DNA of 64,000 nt from Octopus vulgaris (taxonomy: Eukaryota), in contig OX597817.1 in assembly GCA_951406725.2 (NCBI GenBank), forward strand, positions 37,448,001-37,512,000. Direction: 5' to 3'. Shown one piece after another: positions 25,358 through 37,670 of the stretch. Position numbers and translations under genes: made by a program. The stretch's first letter is position 1; every line of letters starts with the position of its first letter. A model generated the notes under the pieces. The model worked only from the letters and a program-made list of their open reading frames with translations. It had not been told where the DNA came from and searched no databases.

Positions 25358-25535
25358 ATGTGGAGGCGCAATGGCCCAGTGGATAGGTTAGCGGACTCGA
25401 GGTCGTAGGATCATGGTTTCAATTCCCAGACCCGGCGTTGTCAGTGTTTATTGAGCGAACACACTTAAGGCGCCACGACGCTCCGGCAGGGAGTGATGGA
25501 GAACCCTACTGTACTCTTTCACTACAACTTTCCTT
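25358..25535 (+). mobile_element. SINE family C head and body without a tail
   Basis: TGTGGAGGCGCAATGGCCCAGTGG...GGTTTCAATTCCCAGACC tRNA-like head. Confidence 0.75.
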
Positions 25536-25639
25536 TTGCACACTAGCATTACACATCTTGTTTAATGCTTTTCTAATTTTCGCAAATCTGCAAGCTGTGG
25601 GAGCTAAATTCGGCTCACATCTTTCTACTATGCCAACTC

Positions 25640-25860
25640 AATTTTTACGCAAGCATCATACTATCCGGTTTTTATTCTGAGAGAGAAACTTTGTAGCAAA
25701 AGTAATGGTTCTTTGAACATTTTCCAGTTCGTTCTTGTTCTGGCTACTATGCTTTCGAAGCATATACCTATACCTCCACTGCTAATTAGAACTCCTAGGT
25801 AACAGAAACTATCAGCCACTTCTAAAGAGGCTTCCGAGGATATGAGAAAATCCATTTACT
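25640..25860 (-). mobile_element. RTE-clade reverse transcriptase fragment
   Basis: SLEVADSFCYLGVLISSGG...VARTRTNWKMFKE matches the RTE thumb motif LExVxxFxYLG. Confidence 0.7.
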
Positions 25861-26532
25861 GTGTGCTCCTTTTCCATATTTCAGTAGCTAGGAGATAGAG
25901 TATCGTGTTTAGCTCTTTTTTTTTTTTTTTTTTTTTTCAATGTCCCAACTGATTGTGATAACTTCTCGAAGTTTAAACTCTCAGCTATTGTTTAGTGATC
26001 AATAACACTAACATTATAAGACTCGGAAATGTGATTAACGTTAATTTTTCTGCAGCTACGCTCGTGGGTCTTCCCTAATATGATTTTTTTTTCTATTTTT
26101 GGAACGCAACTATAACTCAGCTTAAGGGTGTGTCTGTTACTGAAACTCCTATGACCATAGTTGAAGAATCCTAATCCTGTAAATTTGAGAAAGATTAGCT
26201 TCTACGTTGAGATGGAAGAGGAAAGAACCAGCTCATATTACGCCCTGTGATTTTTTTAATCTAGAACATGTAGTAATATTACTCGAAGTATAAATCCTTT
26301 AGTAAATCACTATAAAAGACGGTTGGTTTTTTTCAAAAGGTAGCTTCTCTATTAAAATGTGAGTACCCTCATTGCAATAGAAGGAGATAAGAGTGAGTCT
26401 CTTCTGCAAGTAGTCTTTATTTTCGGACAGGGTTATTGATTTCCCGCAAATATTCTTAATTATGTGCCTGAAAATTATACAGTAATATGGATGTGCATGT
26501 ACAGTTGGACTTATATGAGATGTATCCGTATA

Positions 26533-26794
26533 ATAAAATAAATAAATGCGCCCATTTAAAGCCTAGCCAGGCTCATGGGCCCAGTTTCCCGGTTTGAAAG
26601 ACGTATGTGATCCCCAGCTGGATAGGACGCCAGTCCATCGCAGCGTTACTCATTTTTGCCAGCTGAGTGAACTGGAGCAACGTGAAATGAAGTGTTTTGC
26701 TCAAGAACGCAACGAGTCGCCAGGTCCAGGAATCGAAACCACAATCTTACGATCATGATGCTGAGACCCTAACCACTAAGCCACGCACCTTCAT
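26533..26794 (-). mobile_element. SINE family D with 12-bp TSD, inserted in a ~28-bp tandem repeat
   Basis: TGTATCCGTATA at 26521-26532 and 26795-26806; V-domain-like CTGCGATGGACTGGCGTCC. Confidence 0.88.
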
Positions 26795-27088
26795 TGTATC
26801 CGTATAGTTAGACTTATATAAGGTGTATCCGCACAGTTGGATTTATACATGTATCCGTACAGATGGAGTGCCAATTCCTTAAATTAATGTTTGTCGCTGA
26901 GCATATCACAGACAAACGTTTCCGAAACATAATTTTCAGCACGTCAAAATGTTACAAAGGTTGAACCTTTCAATTAGAGTTACAATATGTTCGATGAGCT
27001 TCAACAGTGTCAACCCAAACCTTGTGAATGAAACTGGGTAGACGTAAGTACTCAATCGATATTTATACAGGCAAACACACAATCATAT

Positions 27089-27362
27089 GTTAGTTAGTTA
27101 GTTAATTTTTTGGCTCAAAAAGCAAAAAGCAAGGCCATGTAGGAGGACATGGATTTATGTACAGAGTGGTGTTCATGTAAAGAGTTCAGGCCACTTGAGG
27201 TCAAGGGAGACTTTGAACAAAGCGGTCGTCGGCATCTTCACCATCTCGTCTGGCAGCTTGTTCCACGGATCCGCAACCCGGACGGAGAAAGCCCCTCTCC
27301 TTCGATTGCGATGAAATCGTCGCAGATAGAGCTTTTCGGAATGACCCCGCAACCGACGCTCT
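27089..27362 (-). mobile_element. 5'-truncated CR1 LINE 3' end with (CTAA)n tail
   Basis: RGHSEKL...FSVRVADPWNKLP...FKVSLD is a classic CR1 ORF2 C-terminus. Confidence 0.85.
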
Positions 27363-27688
27363 GTATATATACACGAATATACAAAATCTCGCCCACATAC
27401 ACATTCAAAAGCACCCACACATATACATATGACTGTATTCCGAAGATAATTTATTCTCATAAATCTCTCAAGACGAAGGTTATGATGCAAGAATAGAATC
27501 GTAAGTCCGAACAGAAATATTAGTACTTACTTATCTTGTGTCTACTTTTGGGTCTGCATATGTTTGAATATTACCATGAATAATTGTAAGTTTTGAGTGA
27601 ATTGGAATTTGTGTGTGTATGCATGAACGGCTCAACATCTATATACGTTTATGCGTATTTATTGTCAATTAGTTTTTATATGAATGTA

Positions 27689-28254
27689 TTGGGTTGTTCG
27701 GAAAGTTCATGCCCATTTTTAAAGGAAAGAAAAAGGTCAATAAATACTTGCCATTACATTTTTAATCAACCAAATATGAACCATTTTGTTGCACAATGCG
27801 TCTCCATCTTTCCTTTAACTTGAAAATACCCTCTTCCCAGAATTGAGGTGGCTTCATGGCAAAGAATTCATCAAGGTATCTTTTTACGTCATCCAAGGAA
27901 TTGAAAATTTTACCATTAAGACTATTCTTCAGAGACCTGAATAAGTAGAAATCCGAAGGAGCAATATCTGGTGAATATGGAGGGTGGGATAACACATCCC
28001 TGCCGAGCTGCAGCAATTTTTGTCTGGTTCCCAAACCATCAAGTACCGAAATTGAACTTTCTTATCTTCTATTTTAAAGGGTTACAGAATCATCACAAGT
28101 TATAGGAATATAAATCTTCTTCGACGAAAAGATAGCTTAAACTGTGCTCTAAATGGAGGTGTAGTCAAATCCTATTTTATGGTCTCAACCATGTTCTAAA
28201 ATAAGTGGAAACGTAAGCAACTATAAATCGGCACGAACTTTCCGGACAACCCAA
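27689..28254 (-). mobile_element. Second copy of the internally deleted mellifera-like mariner
   Basis: Same TIRs, TA on both sides, HPPYSPDIAPSDFYLFRSL motif. Confidence 0.92.
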
Positions 28255-28511
28255 TATTTATGTATGCTTGTGTACTCACATGTGAATGCAAGTGTGTGGG
28301 CGTGTATGTATGCATGTGAGTGTACATTTAGTCCAACAGCGATTGAAATATGAAGGGGTGTTTCCCCAGTGTTGGAAGCTACGATGATATATTTTTCTTT
28401 CTAATCTTCCATTGAGCTAAATTCTTAATGTGTCTCTTTCACATTCTGTCACGCTGGGTCATTCGTCTTCTCATTCATTCCTCCTCCCTCTCACTCTACA
28501 AATATGTATAT

Positions 28512-28738
28512 ATTTCTTTACTACCCACAAGGGGCTAAACACAGAGGGGACAAACAAGGACAGACAAACGGATTAAGTCGATTACATCGACCCCAGTGCG
28601 TAACTGGTACTTAATTTATCGACCCCGAAAGGATGAAAGGCAAAGTCAACCTCGGCGGAATTTGAACCCAGAACGTAGCGGCAGGCGAAATACGGCTATG
28701 CATTTCGCCCGGCGTGCTAACGTTTCTGCCAGCACGCC
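28512..28738 (-). mobile_element. SINE family B, tail type 1, with 15-bp TSD
   Basis: TACAAATATGTATAT at 28497-28511 and 28741-28755. Confidence 0.88.
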
Positions 28739-29127
28739 TCTACAAATATGTATATGCGTGTGTGTGTGTGTATGTGTGTTTGTATTCACACGATAAATAT
28801 ACTAGTGTGTTTGTGTGTCTATTGAGTGTGTGTACAGCATACATAACATTCATACATTCACGTACACTCATCCAGGTACATTCAGGCGCACACATTTATA
28901 TACAACACATGAAAATGTGTGTGTGTGTGTGTGTGACGTGTAAGGTAAAATGATTAACTGTCCAGAACAAAGCTGTGTACAGTCAACGATAAATCCTATT
29001 GAAAGGAACATATATTTGGTTAAGTAATGTTGTTTACCGTATATATGACAAACATATATCAGACTGTACACATTTTCTGTATTGAGGCACATTAATATAT
29101 TTGTATATTTGAGTACCATAAAAAGAA

Positions 29128-29186
<59 letters not shown>

Positions 29187-29347
29187 TGTTAAGGCGCCGA
29201 GCTGGCAGAATCATTAGCAAAGTGCTTGGCGGTATTTCACCCATCGCTACGTTCCGAGTTCAAATTCCACCGAGATCGACTGGGGTCGATGTAATCGACT
29301 GGTCCCCACCCCCAAACATTTCAGGCCTTGTGCCTATAGTGGAAAGG

Positions 29348-29403
<56 letters not shown>

Positions 29404-29825
29404 CACCTCCGCCTTCGCCGGGCAAAATGCTTAGCGGCATTTCAGCTGTCTCTACGCTCTGAGTTCAAATTCCGCCGAGGCCGACTTTGCATTTCATCGT
29501 TTCTGGGCCGATGAAAACAAATACAAGTTGATCACAGAGACCGATGTAATTGACTTACCCCAACCCCTGAATTTGCTTGCTTTGTACCAAAATTTGAAAC
29601 CTAAGGCGGTGAGTTGGCAGAATCGTCAGCACACCTGACAAAACGCTTAGAAGCATTTCATCCGTCTTTACGTTCTGAGTTCAAATTCCACCGCGGTCAA
29701 CTTTGCTATTCATCCTTTCAAGGTCGATGGAATAAGTACCACTCAAGTACTGGTGTCGATATAATCGACTTAATCCCCTCCCTCAAAATTTTTGGCCTTG
29801 TGCCAAAATTTGAAACCATAATTAT
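29128..29825 (+). mobile_element. Head-to-tail array of three SINE B units with (ATT)n tracts
   Basis: Units at about 29192, 29410 and 29604; long (ATT)n before units 1 and 2. Confidence 0.8.
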
Positions 29826-29954
29826 TTTTCAAGCTGACAGACGAAAATTTGTAATGCTGAATTTGTTCCAGCTCTCCAAGTTCGGAATTTCGCCCACTTC
29901 AACTTTGCTTTTGATTCTAGCGGGGCGGTAAAATAAATAGGCGTTCCTTCGTTT

Positions 29955-30247
29955 TAACTCGACAAACCATAACAAGACCTCGGTTGTTTCCGTGACAACT
30001 CGACAATTCACTTCGGATATCTTCGTGACCTCCGAAAATTTGCGGATTTTACATACTCACATGAAGCAGGTAAGAACAGATATGCAAGGTTTTTTGCTGG
30101 CATAATTTTGTTATATCTATATTCCACAACACATAAATACATAAAAACAGAACACACACACTGTCACGGAGGTAACGAAAATATCCGAAGTGAATTGTCG
30201 AGTTGACACGGAAACAACCGAGGTTTTATTATAGTTTTGTCAAGTTA
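29955..30247. mobile_element. MITE-like fold-back element (about 80-bp TIRs)
   Basis: CCTCGGTTGTTTCCGTGACAACTCGACAATTCACTTCGGATAT mirrored at about 30167-30247. Confidence 0.75.
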
Positions 30248-31150
30248 GATAAAAACACTAGTTAAATAAAACACTAGTGAAATACTGGAGTCGTTGCCTA
30301 CACCCAATTTTCAAGCCTTATATCTACGTTAGAAGCAGTTATTAAAACATCCTTTTGATTTAATTATGGATTGTCAGAAATAATATAGGGATGGAAAAAC
30401 TGTAGTATTTAATAACAGTCCTATACATTCGGAGTTCAAATCACAACGATGTTAAATTTTCCATTAATTATTTCAGGACCGATAAAATAAACTACCGGTG
30501 AAACACTGATGATCGTTTCAATGGAATTTACCCTTCTCCTACACGTGTGGCCTTATGCTCATTCTGAAGATTTATATTATAGGTGAAGTGTAAAGGGATG
30601 ATGGATTAGCAGAAATGGTAGAGCACCGAAGAAAGAAGCTTCGATATTTAGTTACGCCTTTATTAATTGCATCTGACAGAAAGATTGTATTACACCGTGA
30701 CCCTATCGTTTATGACACTACAGAATCGGGGCTAACATTGCGTTCAGCAACGACAAACACTTCTGAACTTAGCAGTTCAAAATTAACTGTAACTATTTAC
30801 GTCTAGGGATTCTAAACGCGAATGCCGCCATGATGGAATTCGCTTTTTACATCCATCACTGAAGCATAAGTAAGGTCTATTCAATACGCTCACAATTTTA
30901 TTCGTCTACAAAATTGGCCTCCCACATAATATAGTTATTTTTATGAAAAATTGTTGACGTTCCCGCTGCTGTTTTTCCTGTTCATCATTTTGCTATATTG
31001 GCCGCTTTGATATATTTTTCTACTTGTTTCTAATGCTTATGTAAATATATATAACCGACGCCATTTTTTATTCATTCCTTTCTTTTGTTGCTATAACTTT
31101 GGTGCACGATTTATAGGCACGCACATTTATATAGAAAAATACACTTGTGC

Positions 31151-31253
<103 letters not shown>

Positions 31254-31288
31254 ATTTCCACACAATCCATCAGTTGATATTTGTTTAT

Positions 31289-31328
<40 letters not shown>

Positions 31329-31675
31329 ATGCATATATATGTTTATATGTGTGCATATATATATATATAATAATTGATAAACATTATGTGTGTGTGTGTG
31401 TGAATATGTGAGTGTCTGCGTGTCTGTGTGTATCTACTTATATATATATAATTGGCAAAATTGATAGTCAAATAAAATGCATATTTGTGGCAGCTTTTTG
31501 AGTTCATGTTGCAATTTTCACATAGTTCAAATTTGATTACATTTTAGGTTGATATAATATAGTACGAGGCAAGTGGTGCTGTGCAAAGTTCTTTTCATGT
31601 CCATATGTCGAAGACGTGACGTAGAGAAAATATAGACATATTATTGGCACCTAATAAACATTAGTGAAAGATTTG

Positions 31676-32096
31676 TTATTCTTTTATTCTTTTACTTGTT
31701 TCAGTCATTTGACTGCGGCCATGCTGGAGCACTGCCTTTAGACGAGCAAATCGACCCCAGGACTTATTCTTTGGAAGCCTAGTACTTTTTTTTACTATCG
31801 GTCTCTTTTGTCGAACTGCTAAGTTATGGGGGCGTAAACACACCAACATCGGTTGTAAAGCGTTGTTGGGGGGGTGATAAACACAGACACACAAACACAT
31901 GCACAAACACACACACACATACACACATACATATATACGACGGGGTTCTTTCAGTTTCCGTCTACCAAATCCACTCACAAGGCTTTGGTCTGCCCGAGGC
32001 TATAGTAGAAGACACTTGCCCAATGTGCCACGCAGTGAGACTGAACCCGGAACCATGTGGTTCGTAAGCAAGTTACTTACCTTACAGCTACTCCTG
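31676..32096 (-). mobile_element. SINE family A
   Basis: Collinear with 1-453. Confidence 0.85.
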
Positions 32097-32099
32097 TTG

Positions 32100-32133
<34 letters not shown>

Positions 32134-32349
32134 TGTATGTATGTATGAGAAAAAGCGATAACAAAGAAATAAATGATTATCATACAGCTGTTTCTGCTAT
32201 AGGATGCAGTGTACTGATAGTTCAGTGCTTGAATAACACCTTACAGCTTCATCAAAACCTCGAATATGAAGTGCAATTTATTTGGGAAAGAATTTCATTT
32301 GTGCATGCATATAGGGAACGGCATTATCATTGAGAAATTTAATACAGAT

Positions 32350-32395
<46 letters not shown>

Positions 32396-32396
<1 letters not shown>

Positions 32397-32728
32397 TAAT
32401 GGGTAGCGATTTTCTTCACTACCTCGGGGAGTGACGACCATGCCTGACACGAGTCCCAGGCTCAGCTAGCTTCGGCTGACAGTACCCGGTATGGATCCCT
32501 ATCCAAGGTTACGGAAAGGAAACAACCTTCAAATAAATCCGGAGTGGAGCCCCGTAGGCGGTTTAGTGTTCGACTCAACAGTCTTCCGGCAGCTCCTGCA
32601 ACCAAGCTGGTGCCAAACGTAATGCTCTGTACTCCTTTGGACAACGTCAGCAAGGTCGAGAGAGGAATCCTGACGATTGGGCTACCCAGGACTTTCTTAC
32701 ATCCAGCCCAGGCCTGCGCAAAACTGGA
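32396..32728 (+). mobile_element. GC-rich repeat resembling an RTE-clade 5' UTR
   Basis: Resemblance from memory only; abuts (TA)n; contains hairpin TCAGC-TAGCTTCG-GCTGA. Confidence 0.35.
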
Positions 32729-33368
32729 AATATAAAAACATGGAATGTAAAAACCAGACTAGATTAGTCTATGCGCAACTCCATTGTCTCCCGAGACAAA
32801 AGGATGCCAACAATATATATATACTAGCATACATATATATATATATATATATACTAGCATACATATATATATGCATACATACATACACACACATACAAAG
32901 AGATATGAGGAATAGAGAGAGAGAGAAGGAGGGGGAGACTGGCAGACAGAAAACCTGTTTTTGATATTTCGAACCCTTCATTGCTTTCGTTTCAATCAAA
33001 TTATTCATAATCCCATCTCACTAAATAAGGTTACCGAAGCATGTAAACATGTCGCGAATTTAAAGTAGAGCATAAAATGTAGATAAACAGACGGATTGGC
33101 AGATAAAAATTAATAAACAAAGATAGATAAAGAGAGGGTGGGAAGGGAGAAGGGATGAATGGTAGGTTGATGGCATTTGTTGTTTAAAGAAGGTCACCAT
33201 ATCTTCACGCAGTGAGCCGAAAATAATTTATAATCAATTGAAATTATAACTGTAATTATAACAAAATACGTTAGTTTTAATGAAAATTATTTTGAAAAGA
33301 GACTTCAGATACGAGAGAACATCAAAAATTTCAATTGATTAGCAGGAGATATGCAGAAGGCAGTTATA

Positions 33369-34493
33369 CGAGGTGGTATGAGAACGTTCCTGGTCTAGTT
33401 CTGTAGTGCACCAAGAGATGGCAGCATGCGGTTGCATTTGCGTGTGCGGTGAGGGCCAGAGGTGGTCTTTCACTGTGCTTTCTTCGCAAGTTGTGAGATT
33501 TGTATTTTTATGATCATGTGTATGCTGTAGTCTGCGATTTTTTGTCATGAACAGGAAGTTGGAACAAAGATCCACCGTGAAATTTTGTGTTAAACTTGGG
33601 AGGTCTGCTACAGAGACATTGAGAATGCTTCGGCAAGCTTACAGCGATGAGGCAATGGGTCGTACATAATGTTTCGAGAGGCACTGGTGCTTGAGAAGCG
33701 GAAGAACGTCCCTGGAAGAGGATGTCCGATCTGGAGAACTTTCCACGAGCGTCACCCCCAGAAATGTGGAGATAATTTATTATATTATGCATGAGGATTT
33801 GGAGAACAATCAACGACATTGCTGATGTTGGTCTGTCGTATGGGTCTGTGCAGGCAATCCTAACGTCTGAATCAAACATGTGGAGTGTCTCTGCCAAGTT
33901 TGGCCCTCGCCTGCTGACCACTGAACGGAAAGAACATCGCATCGAAATCTATCAAGATCTCCGTCAGCGTGCCGCTGATGACTCATCCTTCATGTCGAGG
34001 ATCATCACCAGTGACGAGAGTTGAACCTTCAGATTCTTCACGATCACAATGCACCCTGTCACCGAGCTTTCTTCATTCGTGAGTTTCTCGCCCAAAACAA
34101 CATGGTATTGCGTTCGCACCCGCCCTTTTCGACAGATATGCAGACTCCCATATCTTCCTCCCGAAAATGAAAATGCAGCTGGCAGGTCACCGTCCTAACA
34201 ATGTTGGCGAGATCAAGAGCGAATCACAAAAGGTCCTCAACTCACTTTGGAAAACGACTTTCAGGCCGGATTCCAAAAGTGGGAAGAAAACTGGGAGCGG
34301 TGTATGGCTGCGCAATGTAACTATTTCGAAGGAGATAATGTTAAAACTTAGGCGCAGGAGTGGCTGTGTGGTAAGTAGTTTGCTTACCAACCACATGGTT
34401 CTGGGTTCTGGGCAAGTGTCTTCTACTATAGCCTCGGGCCGACCAAAGCCTTGTGAGTGGATTTGGTAGACGGAAACTGAAAGAAGCCCGTCT

Positions 34494-34541
<48 letters not shown>

Positions 34542-34799
34542 TATGTTTGTCCCCCCCCCCCCCAACATCGCTTGACAACCGATGCTGGTGTGTTTACGTC
34601 TCCGTGACATAGTGGTTCGACAAAAGAGACCAATAGAATAAGTACAAGGCTTCCAAAAAATAAGTCCTGGAGTCGATTTGCTCGACTAAAGGCGGTGCTC
34701 CGGCATGGCCGCAGTTAAATGACTGAAACAAGTAAAAGAGAAAATAAGTTATTTTTTTATTAAACATAACTAGTCCGGGAACGTTTTGATACCACCTCG
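33369..34799 (+). mobile_element. Decayed mariner transposon with both TIRs (transposase pseudogene)
   Basis: About 30-bp TIRs CGAGGTGGTAT..AACGTTCC.GG.CTAGT with TA on both sides; ATG at 33547 begins MNRKLEQRSTVKFCVKLGRSATET; IITSDES first catalytic D; stops and deletions present. Confidence 0.9.
34350..34742 (+). mobile_element. SINE family A nested in the mariner
   Basis: Interrupts the mariner between the transposase end and the right TIR; internal (TG)n. Confidence 0.88.
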
Positions 34800-35395
34800 T
34801 ATTTTTCCCAACTAAGGACATACTTTGGTCTTATGTAACCTCTTCGGCGAAACTTATATAATATATACATGCATACATATACATGCGTGAGTGTATTTAT
34901 ATACAACATAGCGTGTGTGTATGTGTGTGTATGCGCTCGTGTGTGTGTGTGTGTGTGCGTGCGTGCGTGTGTGTGTACAGAAAGACGGACATACATCCCC
35001 TCATACAACATTCACACACACCTAAGTACATCACATACACTTTTGCACAACATATATGCCTATGTTTAATGTTTTGTTTCCTTTTTTTCTTTTCTCGAAC
35101 ATAAACCTAAAACTCCTCAACGGAAGCTGGTGTTGGCAGTGAATAAAGTAAATGTGTATGTGTTCGCATATGTAAGCGCATGTGTGTATTTCTGTAAATA
35201 TGTATGTATGTATGTGTGTATGTATGTATATCTAATCTATAAATGAGTCTCTGCATCTATGTATATATGCATGTATTCGTACATATCTACGTGTGCGTTT
35301 CATTATTTGTGTAGTGTGTATGTGTGTGCACGTACTGGTGTATATGTTTGTGACCATATAACTGTGGATGTAAAAGTGTACGTATGCGTTCTCTC

Positions 35396-35438
<43 letters not shown>

Positions 35439-35616
35439 ATATATATATATATGGGAAATTGTATATATGTATCTACTTGTCTCTCTCTATCCCTTTATCT
35501 ATCTATCTACTCGTCTGTCAGTGTATGAGTGTGGTTTTGTATAATCATGTGCGTGCCTCAGGCTATCACCATGTGTGTATCTGTGTTGTATATCAGCATT
35601 ATACATATATTAATGT

Positions 35617-35673
<57 letters not shown>

Positions 35674-35950
35674 ACCTATGGTTTATAATCTTCATCATTG
35701 GTTTATATATTTTCTTTTTTTCTATATTTTCACTTCGCTCTTTGCTTCAGTTTGGTGTAAGTATTTTATCTTAAATCTATTACCTTACTATCGTATGTTT
35801 TGCATTTCCGAAACTTAATCCTTCACTTCCCCTCGCATTCATTCACTCTCAGCTCCCATACGTAAAAGTATTCACGTTATTTTTTTTTATTTTTATCAAT
35901 ACATCCTCCGTCCGTATTCACATACACCAATATATAACAATATATGCATA

Positions 35951-36443
35951 CCGTATCTTGCGGCATGGAAGACGCACTATTTTTGTAAAAATAAAAAAAA
36001 ATCTCCCTGAAAGTTTCTTTGCGTGTTTTACGATGTAGCTTGAGAAGTTGCTACTGTGGATTTCTGAAATTAATGGAGTGATTGCCAACGGTCGTAGCCA
36101 GGCGCAGGTAGCTGCTTGGTGGTCAGTAGACGTGGGTACGTTACGATCGAAATGGTATGCTGTATGAATAATAGTAGAACAGTTAAAGAGAAGAACGTAG
36201 TTTTGTGTACTACAATAATATCCTGCAGTAATCCATCAGGTATATGGCTATTGTCAGGTAATTTCACGAAATAAGAGGTTGTGTACTCCGTTGAGGTACC
36301 CGCCAGTTTTTTTCTAATAACTGGCGTTTAGCGTCTACCCGCTAAGCATTGCCCGATCGTATGAAAAAAAATTTCTTCAATTACATTTCGAAAATCAGTG
36401 TGTGTCTTCCATGGTGTAGCGTCTACCATGTTGCGAAATACGG
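35951..36443. mobile_element. pogo/Tc2-type MITE
   Basis: TA-CCGTATCTTGCGGCATGGAAGACGC ... GCGTCTACCATGTTGCGAAATACGG TIRs. Confidence 0.7.
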
Positions 36444-36621
36444 TGTAACTATGCATATATATACACACACTTTTTTAATATTACTCTTCACATACACCAT
36501 CCTATATGTTGTGTTGTACAAGATTAATGCATTGCATCTCCTACCCCTGTGTGCATTGCTATACTGTACACCGTCTTTATTGAAAAAATATCTTCCGAAA
36601 TAATATGCAACTTAAATGCAC

Positions 36622-36677
<56 letters not shown>

Positions 36678-36797
36678 CATTACAGATATAGGGTAAATAA
36701 TTATTAATTTAATAAATTAATAAATTTTACTAAGTAGTTTCAGTATGGAAAAGAACCATATTCAGTAAAAACTTATACAAAAAGTTTTTTTATATAA

Positions 36798-36858
36798 TTA
36801 TAACAATAATTAAGGGTTTAGCAACAAGTTGTTGCTAAACCCTTAATTATTGTTATAA
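36798..36858. repeat. Perfect palindrome, 30-bp arms with 1-nt centre
   Basis: TTATAACAATAATTAAGGGTTTAGCAACAA-G-TTGTTGCTAAACCCTTAATTATTGTTATAA. Confidence 0.95.
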
Positions 36859-36860
36859 AT

Positions 36861-36902
<42 letters not shown>

Positions 36903-36906
36903 TATG

Positions 36907-36938
<32 letters not shown>

Positions 36939-37631
36939 ACGTTTGTCTCAATCCTACAGACCCCTTAGACTGGAGTTTAAGCATACTTTCTCTGGCCCTG
37001 AACCGACTGAGAGACCAAGATGTGCTTGTATAAGACGCAATTCATCGCAATGTCAATTTTCACTCCACTCACCAATTGTAACTAATGTATCTCAGTAGTT
37101 TCTATTAATTTACTCACGCAGTGAAGACCAGAGAGTTTAAAACCAACTTACAAATGCTTAGCTAACGTGTGCATTCGCTAATCATTTTAGATGTCTGTGT
37201 AGTCGCGAGCAGACAGACACCCGTTCTACTCCGAAACTTGCAAGATATGATATCTGAACAGAGAGAGAGCTGCGCCATCACTAGTTTGGTATTCATTTTA
37301 GCTAAGCAGACCGAAACAACGCGAAACGAACCAATGTTGTCTCCTTCTGCAACGCTTTGCTCCAAAGTGCATAAATCTATCATTTGAAACTAAACCACTG
37401 AGGTGGCCATGTAAATTAACGACTTCAGAAAATTTCCCAAGGATGTCTTCCTGCATGAAAATTTTATAGTTAGGTATACTCTGCTACATTTTAAATGAAA
37501 AACTTAGATCATGAAATCCCTAATAATTATCATTATTCAAATGTCTAGCATTAATTAATCGATCCCGTTCAAGAATCAAAACCCCATCTCTATGATCGTG
37601 AAACCAACTCGTTCGCAAGTCAGCCACGTGC

Positions 37632-37670
<39 letters not shown>

